Notes: a model not told the origin generated them from the sequence alone. DNA of 64,000 bases from Candidatus Cloacimonadales bacterium (GCA_963677495.2 CAXXOU010000001.1:704001-768000), one strand, 5' to 3'. Positions 28,558-39,778 are shown, numbered from the stretch's first letter. Made by a program: numbers and translations.

Positions 28558-30582
28558 GCTTTTCTGCTCCTTGTTAGTTTTCACAACTGAGAAATACACA
28601 CCGGTTGCAACTGTGTTATTATGTTCATCAGTCCCATCCCATTTGATGTTATATCCACCTTTTGGTTTGAAACCTTTGTATAGTTGTTTGACTAATTGTC
28701 CTCTGACATTGAAGACAGTAACCTCCACATCTCCACTTTCCGGTATTGAATAGCTGATAGTGGTAGATGGGTTAAAAGGATTAGGGAAATTCGTAACTTC
28801 TATGCTTGATAGTTGTGGTGAGATTTCATACTCATCATTGTAAGTTGTATTCTGAATTAGAAATATATCGGATTCATTCCAGCTATAGTCTGCATTTACC
28901 TGTTTATGAACATACAAAGAATCATAGAAAACTCTTTGAACCACAAACTCATATCTACCTGCTGTAAGAGGTAGTTCATAATATCCCAGACTATCACTAA
29001 TAACAAATTCGCTATAGTCATAAGCATTATGTATCAGGACATAAGGTACAATCTCATTATTCCCTGTACTCTTACGTGTATAACCTTTTATACCCCCAAG
29101 AGCAGGTGCACCATATTCATAAGGTCCAATATCAGGTTGAGCTATACCGTCTCCATCTCCATCCCAAAAACGTTCAGTAAAACCACCTGCATACTCGCAC
29201 CAGTTTAATGTGTCAACCCAACAACCTGCATCAATAGCAGGAGAACCGGGTGCAGGTCTAAAGTCTCGACCTTCATAATCGACAAATAGATTAGCAATAC
29301 TGTCAGGATCTACATATATATTACCACCTAGGTCAATCATATTATTACCAACTATTGAAAAGTCGATTATGCAGTTTTTGAAGCTCTTCTCATAATCCCA
29401 TGGTTCTTCAAATAAATAATCATTCCCAACAATGATTGAATTAACCATTGTACCATTGTAAACATCATATTCACTATCAATCCCTAAGTTATTGTGATTA
29501 TTGGCTAAACCTGGAACTGAAGGGTAATCAGTTATAGCATAAGCAATTTGATTTGAAAAATTAATAGAGCTAGGAGACGGTCTTGCGTTATTATAAATAT
29601 TATTAATAAAAGAACTTGGTAAAGAAGTGTTCATCTCATTTCCTTCAAAATAATTGTTTACTAGATGCACTTCACCACCATCTATACTTTCATCTCCACC
29701 AATAAAACGATTTCCTCTTAAGTGTGCTGTATCATACACACGTAATGCAGTGCTGGCATTCTCAAAAACATTTTCATAAAAGAAATTATATACTTTATCA
29801 CAATCTATTATTCTTCTACTGAAGATATCATTGCAATTAAAACTATTATATGCCCATTGAACATTATCCGTATCAGATCTAAGATCAGTTAGGAAACTAT
29901 TATTAGCAATAATTCCTACATTTGAATCATTATCATTCCACCGTATATCAATCGCTCCTTCAGTTACAGTCATATCATCAAAAAGAATCTCGTCATCAAA
30001 ACTAAAAGAACAACCTGTTATCTCTATTTGATTATCATGAACAGGGCTTTCTATAGCGTTCCAACAATTATAGAAGTTACAGTTATTTATGATAAGGTTA
30101 GTGCAATTAGCAGAAATTGCCCCATCAAGCCAATAACCTACATAGAGCATTATATCAGAACTATACTCGAAATTGCAATGTTTGAAAACACCCCATTCAC
30201 TCTCATAAAACATTAAGATACTACCCCAGAAATACTTGTAATTATCCTGTAATCTTGTGAAAAGTATAGGTTCCTCTTCTGTCCCTTCAGCAAAAATGTT
30301 TCCATGGCACCACACTATCTTATGACCGTTGTTTCCTCCATCGTACTCAACACCAGCAAGATATTGGTTAAAATCTAAAATCTCTCTTGAGCCTATTCTA
30401 ATTTCAGTTCCGGGTAAAATTCTTAAAGTTACTCCTTCATTAATAATCAGATTTCCAACTATTTCAACCGGATTATCACTTGAACTCCATATTGTATCTT
30501 CTGTCATAGTACCACCGACTTGGATAGAATTTAAACTAACCAATGTGAACAGTAGTATCACAAGCAAAGATAATCCTTTCAT
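28534..30582 (-). CDS. T9SS-tailed secreted protein with parallel beta-helix-like region
   Basis: Signal peptide; TLRILPGTEI, AEGTEEEPILFT; Asn-rich repeats; SPAIDAG...DIGPYEY; FPNPFNPSTTISY...KMLLMK. Confidence 0.85.
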   Translation of the reverse strand: MKGLSLLVILLFTLVSLNSIQVGGTMTEDTIWSSSDNPVEIVGNLIINEGVTLRILPGTEIRIGSREILDFNQYLAGVEYDGGNNGHKIVWCHGNIFAEGTEEEPILFTRLQDNYKYFWGSILMFYESEWGVFKHCNFEYSSDIMLYVGYWLDGAISANCTNLIINNCNFYNCWNAIESPVHDNQIEITGCSFSFDDEILFDDMTVTEGAIDIRWNDNDSNVGIIANNSFLTDLRSDTDNVQWAYNSFNCNDIFSRRIIDCDKVYNFFYENVFENASTALRVYDTAHLRGNRFIGGDESIDGGEVHLVNNYFEGNEMNTSLPSSFINNIYNNARPSPSSINFSNQIAYAITDYPSVPGLANNHNNLGIDSEYDVYNGTMVNSIIVGNDYLFEEPWDYEKSFKNCIIDFSIVGNNMIDLGGNIYVDPDSIANLFVDYEGRDFRPAPGSPAIDAGCWVDTLNWCEYAGGFTERFWDGDGDGIAQPDIGPYEYGAPALGGIKGYTRKSTGNNEIVPYVLIHNAYDYSEFVISDSLGYYELPLTAGRYEFVVQRVFYDSLYVHKQVNADYSWNESDIFLIQNTTYNDEYEISPQLSSIEVTNFPNPFNPSTTISYSIPESGDVEVTVFNVRGQLVKQLYKGFKPKGGYNIKWDGTDEHNNTVATGVYFSVVKTNKEQKSNKMLLMK

Positions 30583-30701
30583 TATTCCTCCGATAACAAG
30601 ATTATGATTACAATTCTTTTTATGTCAATAGGAAAAGAGCAGAGATTTGCCTTTTTGTTTGAATAGTGCAATACCTGTAGGATTGAAATGTTTTGGGTAT
30701 C

Positions 30702-30726
30702 GTAGTGCGAGTGTCCACACTTGCAC
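30702..30726 (+). repeat. GTAG-type REP-like hairpin
   Basis: GTAG-TGCGAGTGT-CC-ACACTTGCA; degenerate relative near 30893. Confidence 0.5.
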
Positions 30727-31007
30727 ATAGCTTGAAAAGCTATATTGTGGAAGCTTTTCGTGAACTGAAATTAGTATTGACTGAAGAGATGTCAGCTGTA
30801 GAGAACATACTTGGAATGTAATATTCTAAATTACGGTCAGTGGAAGCTGACGACTCTGTCGTCACAGCAACTCAGGAGAGTCGCAGTACAATGTAATGCG
30901 AGTGCTCTCAATTGCTCAAAACTCATTCAGCTTGTTTTAGCCTTGAAAAGGCGTCTGTTCAATAGTCACATGCTTTGGCATGTGGTAAACTTAATCTAAA
31001 AAGATGT

Positions 31008-31135
31008 AGCCCTAAAGGGGCGTAAGATTAACATTATTAGCGATCAGGCGCCCCTTCAGGGCTAATCTTGACCGTGAACTTTAACCCCAAGCGACAAGTC
31101 GCATGGGGCTATTGAACAATCGCTCTTTCAGAGCT
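31008..31135. repeat. REP-like multi-hairpin element
   Basis: AGCCCTAAAGGGGCG...CGCCCCTTCAGGGCT inverted pair, CCCCAAGCGAC..GTCGCATGGGG hairpin, GCTCTTTCAGAGC; same layout as 1218-1303. Confidence 0.75.
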
Positions 31136-31311
31136 TAATATTTTCCATTACTATTCCTTATTTTCTCTATTACAATTCCTGCGAAACACTTTGGCATTAC
31201 TTGAGCAACACTTGAGGATATGCCCAAGAATTGGACAAGTGATTCGCAAGCTATTCGGAAGAGATGAATTACTATTGTAAGAGAGAAAAAAATGAAAATA
31301 CCATCTGCAAT

Positions 31312-31546
31312 CTGTACCTTTGGAATGGTTGAAAACCTTGCAAATGGTGCACTACGAAGGAACTAATCGCATTTTAGGGAGTTTGCCGGAGTTGAACGCA
31401 GTGAAACAATAGCGGACTTCCTAAATTCTTAAGTTGAATGATACACTTCGAAGGAAGAAACACCCCACCGTTAAAACGGCACCCCTCTACAAGAGGGGAA
31501 TGTCCAAGAGCACCATTTCGAAGGTCTGCAACCCTTCGAAAGGTAG
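31312..31546. repeat. REP doublet (GTACCTT..GAATGGT family) in inverted orientation
   Basis: Left copy 31312-31360, right copy about 31510-31546; same family at 15022, 15927, 28163, 28406, 51725, 51796, 54909, 54976. Confidence 0.85.
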
Positions 31547-32118
31547 AATCGAATTGCCACAGTTCGCTATTGCCCAACTCCCTGAAATGCGGTCAAATCT
31601 CCTCCTCACTCCTCTGCCACAATTCTAGACTTTATTCCATCTCAAACTTCCCAAAAACGTATCAGTTACCTGTTAAGGAAAAACAACATTTCAATAGGGT
31701 TTCAATAGGTGTCTCCTTGGAAATGGATAACAATTGTAGCAGAGCAATGAGACTTTAATCACTATTAGCGATATGCTTCAATACCCAATTTCATCTTCTT
31801 ACTACTCATTCGCTACCCGTTAGCTTCCCGTTAGATCCCCGTTAGAAACTCGTTATTGAGAATGGGAATTGGATTGGAGTCAGATGGGTATAAGATGCAA
31901 GTTCGATTACTATTAAGATAGTGCAACTAAACACGATGTCCATTAATCAGAAGAATTGAAATGAAAGTATTTATTCTGCAAACAACTATAACAATGTCAA
32001 TATCCCCTCATCGCTCTATCATAATAAAGTATAGAAAACTGCCAGATTCAAGTGAGTCTCTTGGGGCTCCCTTAGGCTGGAAGGTAAGAGACTGTCTTGA
32101 AAGTAGGCAGAAAAAGGT
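31505..32118. repeat. Long composite non-coding repeat
   Basis: 31505-31875 aligns by eye to 54970-55349; 31810-32118 aligns inverted to about 15397-15720. Confidence 0.85.
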
Positions 32119-32171
32119 GATTATAGATTACGTATTAAGATAGACTGATGATAGGCAAATGTCTGACACTT

Positions 32172-32226
32172 GACCACGGCTTCCGTGGTTTGGGCGTGGT
32201 TGATCCGTGGTTATTCCGTGGTAAAA
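32172..32226. repeat. Truncated CCACGG/CCGTGG 11-bp array
   Basis: CCACGG 32174; CGTGG units at 32183, 32194, 32205, 32216; reverse complement of about 2695-2750. Confidence 0.85.
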
Positions 32227-32429
32227 CAGCTCATTTCCGGTTGTCTGTTATTCGACTTACTCGGTGAATTTGCTTGTTTTATACTAATTTAAATTTATAT
32301 AAATCTCCATAATGTTTACAAAGTCTCGATAATCGGCTTGGTATACATATCAAAATTAACCTTTACAGAATAGAATATTGTGAATAACTGCAAAAGAGTT
32401 ATATTATAGAAAACATTGAAGGTGGAGAA

Positions 32430-32969
32430 ATGAAATACACAGTTCTAATTATGATACTTATGGGGTTAGTTATGAGCATTAGTGCAACTATTTATGATAT
32501 AGAAGTTAAGTCGATTGATGGTGAGATGATGGAACTTAGTGAATATAAAGGAAAAGTTATCTTAATAGTTAATACTGCCTCTAAATGTGGTTTTACAGAG
32601 CAATACGATGGACTTGCAAGACTATATAAACAGTACAAAGATGATGGACTGGTAGTGCTTGGATTCCCGGCAAACAACTTCTTAGGTCAGGAACCCGGAA
32701 CAGATGAAGAGATTCAGAAGTTCTGTACTGAGAAATTTGATGTAACATTTCCAATGTTCTCAAAAATTGATGTAAAAGGCAAGAACATACACCCTCTGTA
32801 TCAATACCTTACTTCAAAAGAGTCAGGACATGATTTCGGAGGTAAGATAACTTGGAACTTCAACAAATTCCTTATCTCAAGAGACGGGAAAGTCATCAAT
32901 AGATTCGGTACAAAAGTATCACCCATAGACGATAAAGTTTTGGAAGAAATAGAGAAAGCTTTAAAATAA
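32430..32969 (+). CDS. Glutathione peroxidase family protein (Cys type) with signal peptide
   Basis: VNTASKCGFT, LGFPANNFLGQEPG, ITWNFNKFLI. Confidence 0.93.
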   Translation: MKYTVLIMILMGLVMSISATIYDIEVKSIDGEMMELSEYKGKVILIVNTASKCGFTEQYDGLARLYKQYKDDGLVVLGFPANNFLGQEPGTDEEIQKFCTEKFDVTFPMFSKIDVKGKNIHPLYQYLTSKESGHDFGGKITWNFNKFLISRDGKVINRFGTKVSPIDDKVLEEIEKALK

Positions 32970-33478
32970 TGAAATTAGTTTTACTATGTATCCTTCTTCT
33001 ATTATTACTCGGTTGCAAAGGTGATCACAAGACCGTTGAAACATTGGAACTAGATAGATTTATGGGTGATTGGTACGTAATCTCAATCTTACCAAACCCC
33101 ATAGAGAAGAATGCAGTAAATAGTATAGAAAGCTATGCTCTGAATGAAGATGGGACAATATCTATAAGATATACATTCTTCAAAGGGTCAGTGGATGGTA
33201 AGAAAAAGGTTATGAAACCTAAAGCGAAAATCTATAATCATGACAGCAATGCCGAGTGGAGAGTGCAGATGTTTAAACCGTTTTGGTCACCTTACCTTGT
33301 GATTGATTTAGCGGAAGATTACAGATACACAGCGATAGGTGTGCCGAATAAAAAGTTCCTCTGGATTATGAGTAGAACCCCTGTTATGAGTGCTGAGGAC
33401 TATGCAAGTGTGATTGATTCTGTAGCAAAGCAGGGATACAACATAGACAAAATTAAGAAAATCCCTCAAATATGGTAG
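32969..33478 (+). CDS. Lipocalin (Blc-like) lipoprotein
   Basis: LLLG-C lipobox; LELDRFMGDWYVI; FLWIMSRTP. Confidence 0.9.
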   Translation: MKLVLLCILLLLLLGCKGDHKTVETLELDRFMGDWYVISILPNPIEKNAVNSIESYALNEDGTISIRYTFFKGSVDGKKKVMKPKAKIYNHDSNAEWRVQMFKPFWSPYLVIDLAEDYRYTAIGVPNKKFLWIMSRTPVMSAEDYASVIDSVAKQGYNIDKIKKIPQIW

Positions 33479-33484
33479 GTGTGA

Positions 33485-35263
33485 ATGAAGATTAAGTATT
33501 TAGATGGGAAAAGATTCCATGCCGGATTGATTGCAGGTGGAAGAGCCGTGATCAAGAGTCGAAACTACTTGAACAAAATAAATGTATTCCCGGTTGCAGA
33601 TGCAGATACAGGTACCAACATGGCTGCTACTATGCAAGCAATATTAGATAGATCTAAGATTGGAAAAACTCTGCATGATACACTCTCATCTGTTTCAGAT
33701 TCAGCGTTGACCGGGGCAAGAGGAAACTCTGGCATAATCTTTGCACAATACTTACATAGCTTAAGTAGTGAATTGCCAAAGAAAGGGCAGATAACAGTAA
33801 AGAAATTTGCAGAAAGTGCACAAACAGCTGTAAAACATCTCTATGACTCTTTAATGAATCCCCGAGAAGGCACCATGCTCACTGTGATTAGAGAGTGGGC
33901 AGATGACCTCGAGAAGCGAAGTCACAAGACTACAGACTTTATGCACCTTTTAACTGAATCATTAGACACAGCCAGAGCATCTTTGAAAGATACTCCTAAC
34001 AAACTAAAAGCCCTTGCGGAAGCGGGGGTTGTTGACGCAGGTGCCAGTGGATTTGTTGAATTTCTTGAAGGTATAGTAGAGTTTATACACAAAGGTTCTT
34101 TAAAAGGACATCATGTACAACCGGTAGAGGATATTGATATTGAGGAAATTGATGATCACACAGAGAAACCTGGAGAATTCCGCTACTGTAATGAAGCTAT
34201 AATCACTAAATGTAAACTTACAGTTAAAGAATTGAAAGAACGTCTTAGCCCGTATGGGGATAGCCTGATAGTTGCCGGAGATCAAGCAAAAATACACCTA
34301 CACATACATTCTAATGAACCGGAAAAGCTATTTGGAGAGCTACAGGAGATTGGAAAGGTTAGTGGCTCTAAGGTGGATGACATGGCAAGGCAGTATGAGA
34401 TTGTTCATGAAAGAGCAAATAAGATCGGATTAATAACTGACAGTACATCTGACATACCCGGTGAGTTGGTTGATAAGTATCAAATCTCTCAGTTACCACT
34501 GGGAATCAACTTTGGTGATAAAGAATATCTAGATAAAAAGACAATCAAGCCTGAGAAATTCTATAGCATGATCAGGACTGAGCCAATTCATCCTGAAAGT
34601 GCTCAACCCACTCCGAAAATGATAAAGACCTTATTTGATTTCACAAGTTCACACTATGATGATGTAATTGTTTTAAGTGTATCTGAATTCCTTAGTGGAA
34701 CCTACAATAGCATGAAACAGATTGCAGCTAATATGGAGAACACGAACATTCATATTGTTGATACAAGGCAGATATCAGCATCACATGGGTTGATTACTAT
34801 GAGAGTTGCAGAAGCAATTGAACAGGGATTAAGTGTAGAAGAGATTCTGGAGAAGCTATCAAAATGGATAGAGGATACGGAACTCTATACTGATATCCAA
34901 ACGTTGAAGTATATGGTCAAATCGGGTCGTGTTAAACCATTCGCAGGCTTTGTAGCTTCAATGCTAAACTTGAAACCATTAGTTATCCTTGATAATACCG
35001 GAAAAGCAAATCTAATTGGCAAAAGTATAATCAGAAAGCAAAATATGGATAGAACAATCAATATGATTAAGGAGAAACTAAAATATAAGAAACTCTATAA
35101 TTATTGTATTGTTCATGCAGAGAACTTGCCTCGTGCCAAACAATATGCAGAGCTCTTAACAACCATTACAGGTAAAAGACCGGCTTATATAATGCCAATA
35201 TCACCGGTTGTTGGTGTGCATAATGGCGTGGGTGTAGTTGGTATAGGTATAATGTATGATTAA
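33485..35263 (+). CDS. DAK2-DegV fusion (fatty acid kinase FakA/FakB-like)
   Basis: [38 protein letters not shown]; DegV ITDSTSD, SAQP, LSGTY, SGRV. Confidence 0.9.
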   Translation: MKIKYLDGKRFHAGLIAGGRAVIKSRNYLNKINVFPVADADTGTNMAATMQAILDRSKIGKTLHDTLSSVSDSALTGARGNSGIIFAQYLHSLSSELPKKGQITVKKFAESAQTAVKHLYDSLMNPREGTMLTVIREWADDLEKRSHKTTDFMHLLTESLDTARASLKDTPNKLKALAEAGVVDAGASGFVEFLEGIVEFIHKGSLKGHHVQPVEDIDIEEIDDHTEKPGEFRYCNEAIITKCKLTVKELKERLSPYGDSLIVAGDQAKIHLHIHSNEPEKLFGELQEIGKVSGSKVDDMARQYEIVHERANKIGLITDSTSDIPGELVDKYQISQLPLGINFGDKEYLDKKTIKPEKFYSMIRTEPIHPESAQPTPKMIKTLFDFTSSHYDDVIVLSVSEFLSGTYNSMKQIAANMENTNIHIVDTRQISASHGLITMRVAEAIEQGLSVEEILEKLSKWIEDTELYTDIQTLKYMVKSGRVKPFAGFVASMLNLKPLVILDNTGKANLIGKSIIRKQNMDRTINMIKEKLKYKKLYNYCIVHAENLPRAKQYAELLTTITGKRPAYIMPISPVVGVHNGVGVVGIGIMYD

Positions 35264-36029
35264 TTATGACTCCTTAGCCTTCGCAGCTATAACAATCTTT
35301 GCGTTTATGAACGCAATGTTTCTTCTGGCTGTTACGATCAGAAGAAATGATATCGTTGATATTGCTTGGGGGATGGGGTTTATACTAATCACTGTTATAT
35401 CTCAGATCCTTTATCCCGGATTTGAGCTTCGTAGATTGTTAATCAATATACTTGTTCTTCTATGGGGTTTACGACTTGCGATCTATATACATATAAGAAA
35501 TAAAGCTAAATCAGAGGATTTCAGATATGCTAACTGGCGGAGAGAATGGGGTAGATTCTGGGTAATTAGATCATACTTCCAAGTCTTCATGATCCAAGGC
35601 TTATTCATGCTCTTTATAAGTTATCCAATTTATGCTAACATTCATGCTGAATATGTTGGACTTAATGTTCTGGATCATATTGGTATTCTTGTTTGGCTAA
35701 TAGGTTTCTATTTCGAAGCAATTGGTGACTATCAGATGATGAAGTTCAAGAAAAACAAAGACAATAAAGGCAAGATAATGACAGAAGGTGTCTGGAAGTA
35801 TACTCGTCATCCTAACTATTTTGGAGAATCTGCAATATGGTGGGGATTGTTCCTACTATCCTATAGCTCCACAGGTTGGATCACAATTATTAGTCCGGGT
35901 GCCATTACCTTCACTTTACTATTTCTTTCCGGTATTCCTTTATTGGAAAAGAAGTACAAAGATAACCCTGAATTTCAGGAATATGCAAAGAAAACCAGTG
36001 CGTTCATACCTTGGTTTCCCAAAAGATGA
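35256..36029 (+). CDS. DUF1295 family membrane protein (steroid 5-alpha-reductase/ICMT-like)
   Basis: [40 protein letters not shown]. Confidence 0.9.
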   Translation: MINYDSLAFAAITIFAFMNAMFLLAVTIRRNDIVDIAWGMGFILITVISQILYPGFELRRLLINILVLLWGLRLAIYIHIRNKAKSEDFRYANWRREWGRFWVIRSYFQVFMIQGLFMLFISYPIYANIHAEYVGLNVLDHIGILVWLIGFYFEAIGDYQMMKFKKNKDNKGKIMTEGVWKYTRHPNYFGESAIWWGLFLLSYSSTGWITIISPGAITFTLLFLSGIPLLEKKYKDNPEFQEYAKKTSAFIPWFPKR

Positions 36030-36712
36030 GAAGTCTATTACTATTTTTACTACTTGTATTTTCTACACAGCTGTTAACAGTTACTGCTGATATATACTTG
36101 CAATCAACAAATGAACTTGTCTATAAGTTCAATGATGATACAGATGTTGTAGGAGACACTTTAAAGTTAATACACAACTACACGAAACCTAACGGTGAGA
36201 TCATTGCCCAGGATATTGCTTATTTTATTGATGATAAGTTAGTGAAAGGAGTAACGAAGCTTTATCCAATGGAACAAACCGGAGAAATAGAGTTTCTTGG
36301 TGAAGAGATTAGATTATCATTTGATGATCAGGGTAAGAAAAAGAGCAAGACTATTGATGCAGTTCCGACAACGATTGCCGGTCCCATGCTGAATAATTTC
36401 ATTATAGAGAACTGGGAGATTCTATTTAAAGGTGACATAGTAAAATACTACCTTCCTGCTCCTGAGTATTTAGCTTTAGGTAGATTCTATCTAAAGAAGA
36501 TTGAGACCAGTAAACATCAAACAGCTAATAGTGTAGTATATAAAATGAAGCCAACTAACATCTTTCTAAAACTGTTCATCAAGGCCAGCTACTTTGTTTA
36601 TGACATTGATTTAAGAAGAATAAAGGCAATACATGGAACAACCATATTACCAATCTTTAGAGATGGTAAATGGCATAAAACATCTGAAGTTGATATCTAT
36701 TTTAATGACTAG
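36026..36712 (+). CDS. Secreted hypothetical protein
   Basis: ATGA overlap with upstream gene; signal peptide [17 protein letters not shown]. Confidence 0.7.
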   Translation: MRSLLLFLLLVFSTQLLTVTADIYLQSTNELVYKFNDDTDVVGDTLKLIHNYTKPNGEIIAQDIAYFIDDKLVKGVTKLYPMEQTGEIEFLGEEIRLSFDDQGKKKSKTIDAVPTTIAGPMLNNFIIENWEILFKGDIVKYYLPAPEYLALGRFYLKKIETSKHQTANSVVYKMKPTNIFLKLFIKASYFVYDIDLRRIKAIHGTTILPIFRDGKWHKTSEVDIYFND

Positions 36713-37317
36713 TTATCTAATTCCACCGTCTCGCAAGTATCCCCGGTTCGGAAATTGAAATCCTTCTGCACAACTTCCCAATTACCATAATAGTAGGTTA
36801 AGTATTCCTTATAATCTTTGGGGGCGGAATACATCTTCCCATTAAACTCAAGCTGGGTTTTATTATCATAGAAATGCTTAGGTGTTGATTTAAGAACAGG
36901 TCGCTTATCATCTACAGTCCAGTAGTAATTATCATCATCTAATGGAAATTTAATGAATAAATCCATCATACTGATACCTTTGAAGAAGAGAAACTTTCGT
37001 GTCTGGATTCTTAGGATTCTGGGAGTGCCTTTCTTAAAAGGTCCTGAGTCTTTCTTACATCTTCTAATTTTAGAACGGTAACCTGCCATCCAGATCTTCC
37101 ATCGAATTGCGAAAAGCTTCTTCATGTTCACACTTGAAACGTTTAAATCCATGTCGGTGTCCCATGGTAGAAGTCTGTTTTCTCTAACGATTCCGAGCAG
37201 TGTCCCGGCTTCTAAAAGATAGGGAACATTGTTTTTCTCTAAAATAGTTGTAATATCTTTAAGCATTTTAAGGGCAATCTCTAAGTATTTGCCTTGAAGT
37301 TTGACTGTTCCGGCCAT
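36709..37317 (-). CDS. LicD family phosphotransferase
   Basis: GTLLGIVRENRLLPWDTDMD; YLTYYYGNW. Confidence 0.88.
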   Translation of the reverse strand: MAGTVKLQGKYLEIALKMLKDITTILEKNNVPYLLEAGTLLGIVRENRLLPWDTDMDLNVSSVNMKKLFAIRWKIWMAGYRSKIRRCKKDSGPFKKGTPRILRIQTRKFLFFKGISMMDLFIKFPLDDDNYYWTVDDKRPVLKSTPKHFYDNKTQLEFNGKMYSAPKDYKEYLTYYYGNWEVVQKDFNFRTGDTCETVELDN

Positions 37318-38360
37318 TAGCGTAAGTATCCTTTTCTAAATATACTATGATAAATAATCTGCATCTTGCGGATAAGATTTAAGGGTTTGTGTTTCTTGGG
37401 GTAATCTGCAGGATTAAGCTTTTCAAGCTCATTTACGATTCTCTCTGCAGTTTTACAATCCAGGTAAGGGTTTACCTCTCCCATTGCTACATCTCTTCTC
37501 TTCTTTAGTTCATCCGGATAAGAAAGACAATAATCAATTGCATCTCTTAATTGATTTGGACTGGTAATGTCATGGGCTTTTTGAGTTCTCCCAATTGTCT
37601 TATAAGTGATAACAGGTTTATCTAGTGCAAGGAACTCATAAACAACTGAAGATGTATCTGAAATCATCAGATCTGATAGGTGTAGATATGGTGAAATATC
37701 CTCTCTTGTGATAATTCTTGCTTTAGAACTATCAATGTCTCTAAACTTAGCTATCTGCTCTTGAGGCATTAGTTCATGGAACTTAAGAAACCAATATTCA
37801 TCATCTTGCATTTCGTTATGAATAGTATCCATTAGTTCAGTTGCTGATTCCATAGTAGTACTAAAGGTTGGAGCATAGAGAATTAGTTTCTTGTCCTTTG
37901 GTACATCCTTAACTGCATCTATCAACTCTTGTGGGTAATTTAGAATAAAATCAAGCTTAATCCAACCGGTTTCAATAACATCAAAGTACTTATATTTCTT
38001 TTGCATCTCCAAGAATCTTTCAGTTACATAAGGCCCTGATGTAAGGAAAACATCAAAGAAATGCCTGATTCTGTAGTGTACAGGTTTCTCGACACCAAGC
38101 CCATGAAAAAGCTGTACTTTGATTCCAGGGATACGGAAATCCACAAAGTTACCAGGAGCTAAGACATAGTCGGGATTAAACTCTTTTGCTTCTTGAATTG
38201 TACCTAGTATTTTAACTTCAGGATGCTTTTCATGGATAGCATTTTTAACTCTCGCAGAAGTGTAGAATGCATACTCTCTTCCTGTTTCTTTTAGGTATAT
38301 AACTAATGGAGCAACTATAGATATCGAATACTGTTTGGATAGATAGAAAAGATACTTCAT
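37317..38360 (-). CDS. CDP-glycerol glycerophosphotransferase family protein (TagB/TagF-like)
   Basis: VQLFHGLG, ETGWIKLD, ILYAPTF, MISDTSSVVYEFL. Confidence 0.85.
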   Translation of the reverse strand: MKYLFYLSKQYSISIVAPLVIYLKETGREYAFYTSARVKNAIHEKHPEVKILGTIQEAKEFNPDYVLAPGNFVDFRIPGIKVQLFHGLGVEKPVHYRIRHFFDVFLTSGPYVTERFLEMQKKYKYFDVIETGWIKLDFILNYPQELIDAVKDVPKDKKLILYAPTFSTTMESATELMDTIHNEMQDDEYWFLKFHELMPQEQIAKFRDIDSSKARIITREDISPYLHLSDLMISDTSSVVYEFLALDKPVITYKTIGRTQKAHDITSPNQLRDAIDYCLSYPDELKKRRDVAMGEVNPYLDCKTAERIVNELEKLNPADYPKKHKPLNLIRKMQIIYHSIFRKGYLR

Positions 38361-39379
38361 TTAATTATCTCCATTATATCAAGAAACTTTTTATAAACCA
38401 CATCAGCTGTAATACCAAGAGTTCTATCAGAAGAATCTTTGCATTCCCAGTTTCTTAAATATGGGTGAGTTGGCTTATGCCAAGCCTGCCATTTCTCAGG
38501 TTGAGAATGCGGCCCAAATATGGCTATTGATGGTGTTTGCATCGCAATTGCAACATGATTGATGCCACCATCCTGAGAGATATACATTTTAGCTCTTTTC
38601 AATAAAGCTCCGGCTTCATTGAATGTTGTTGGCAATGCTAAGATTGGCTCTGTATCCATCATCTCGGCAATTGTTTGACAATCCTGCTCTTCACCGGGTC
38701 CCCAAAGTAAAACAACTTTAAGGTCATGATTCTTCTGAATCATATCTCCGAGTTTTGCAAACTCCTCGAGTGACCACTTCTTAGCTAATACCGGAGTTCC
38801 GGGGGAGAAGACAACAAATCCTTGAAGTGGGATATTCTCTTGATTGAGCCAATCATCTACTCTAGATTGCGATTTATCCTTGATTTTGTAATAGAGTTCA
38901 TGTTGTCTATGCTCGATTCCTAAAGGTTCCAGAGCATCGAACTTCATGATTGAATAGTATCTGTAATTCTGTCTTTTGCGTTGATAATTATAAACCCAGT
39001 TCCAACGTTTAAGTTTCCAACCTATTCTTATCCTTGCTCCACTTAACAATGCTATCTGAGCAGAACCTGAACTTCTTAGCATATCGATTACTAAGTCATA
39101 CTTTGTTTTCCTGACCATGGATACTACTCTAAAACGCTCCCTATAGTAATCCATTCCCTTCTTTTTATGCATAATAACGAGATTATCAAGATAAGGATTA
39201 TCCTCAAGTAGCGTGACATAAGGTTTCTGCACTAAAAAATCTATCTGAGCATCAGGGAACTTTTCTCTAAGAGCCGGGAAATATCCGGTATTGAGGAGTA
39301 CATCTCCAAAAGGTTTGTACTGTATTATTAGTATTTTCTTTACTTTCTTTATATCCTCTACCGGAACCATCTTCTGCAT
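38357..39379 (-). CDS. Glycosyltransferase family 9 (LPS heptosyltransferase-like)
   Basis: ILIIQYKPFGDVLL, KKWSLEEF, SQDGGINHVAIAMQTPSIAIFGP. Confidence 0.9.
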   Translation of the reverse strand: MQKMVPVEDIKKVKKILIIQYKPFGDVLLNTGYFPALREKFPDAQIDFLVQKPYVTLLEDNPYLDNLVIMHKKKGMDYYRERFRVVSMVRKTKYDLVIDMLRSSGSAQIALLSGARIRIGWKLKRWNWVYNYQRKRQNYRYYSIMKFDALEPLGIEHRQHELYYKIKDKSQSRVDDWLNQENIPLQGFVVFSPGTPVLAKKWSLEEFAKLGDMIQKNHDLKVVLLWGPGEEQDCQTIAEMMDTEPILALPTTFNEAGALLKRAKMYISQDGGINHVAIAMQTPSIAIFGPHSQPEKWQAWHKPTHPYLRNWECKDSSDRTLGITADVVYKKFLDIMEIIK

Positions 39380-39388
39380 ATTCTAAAC

Positions 39389-39778
39389 CTACTTATTTGC
39401 GTTTTTATAATCTACGTATTCTTTCTCTTCAACAAGGTTAGAGCCATGAGCAAGATTTATCTCTTTCTTGATATCTGCTCTGTTGTCATTCTCTACGTAA
39501 ACGCTTCTGGCAAGTTCAATAAACCTATCACCAAATCTACCATTATACTCTTCGATGCGTATATCATCCTCAATATGCCAAAGACGTGTGTTTACCTCTT
39601 TTAATCTAAGAAAGAAGTCAGAATCTACAGTAATTCCAATACTTTCCATATCAGCTCTGAGTAACGCATACTCTTTCTTCACGTTTGCAAGCTTTTCTGC
39701 ATTCTTAAACTTTTCTGTTTTAATCTCTAAAATCGTTACTTTGTCTACAAGTTCACCTATTGATACTTCTATTTTCAT
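39389..39778 (-). CDS. DUF6165 family protein
   Basis: VSIGELVDKVTILEIK, LWHIEDDIR, FIELARSVY..ND.R..IK..IN, EEKEY. Confidence 0.85.
   Translation of the reverse strand: MKIEVSIGELVDKVTILEIKTEKFKNAEKLANVKKEYALLRADMESIGITVDSDFFLRLKEVNTRLWHIEDDIRIEEYNGRFGDRFIELARSVYVENDNRADIKKEINLAHGSNLVEEKEYVDYKNANK

Noticed and set aside
32580..32590. Selenocysteine in the glutathione peroxidase
   Set aside because: Active-site codon is TGT (Cys) and the ORF is uninterrupted
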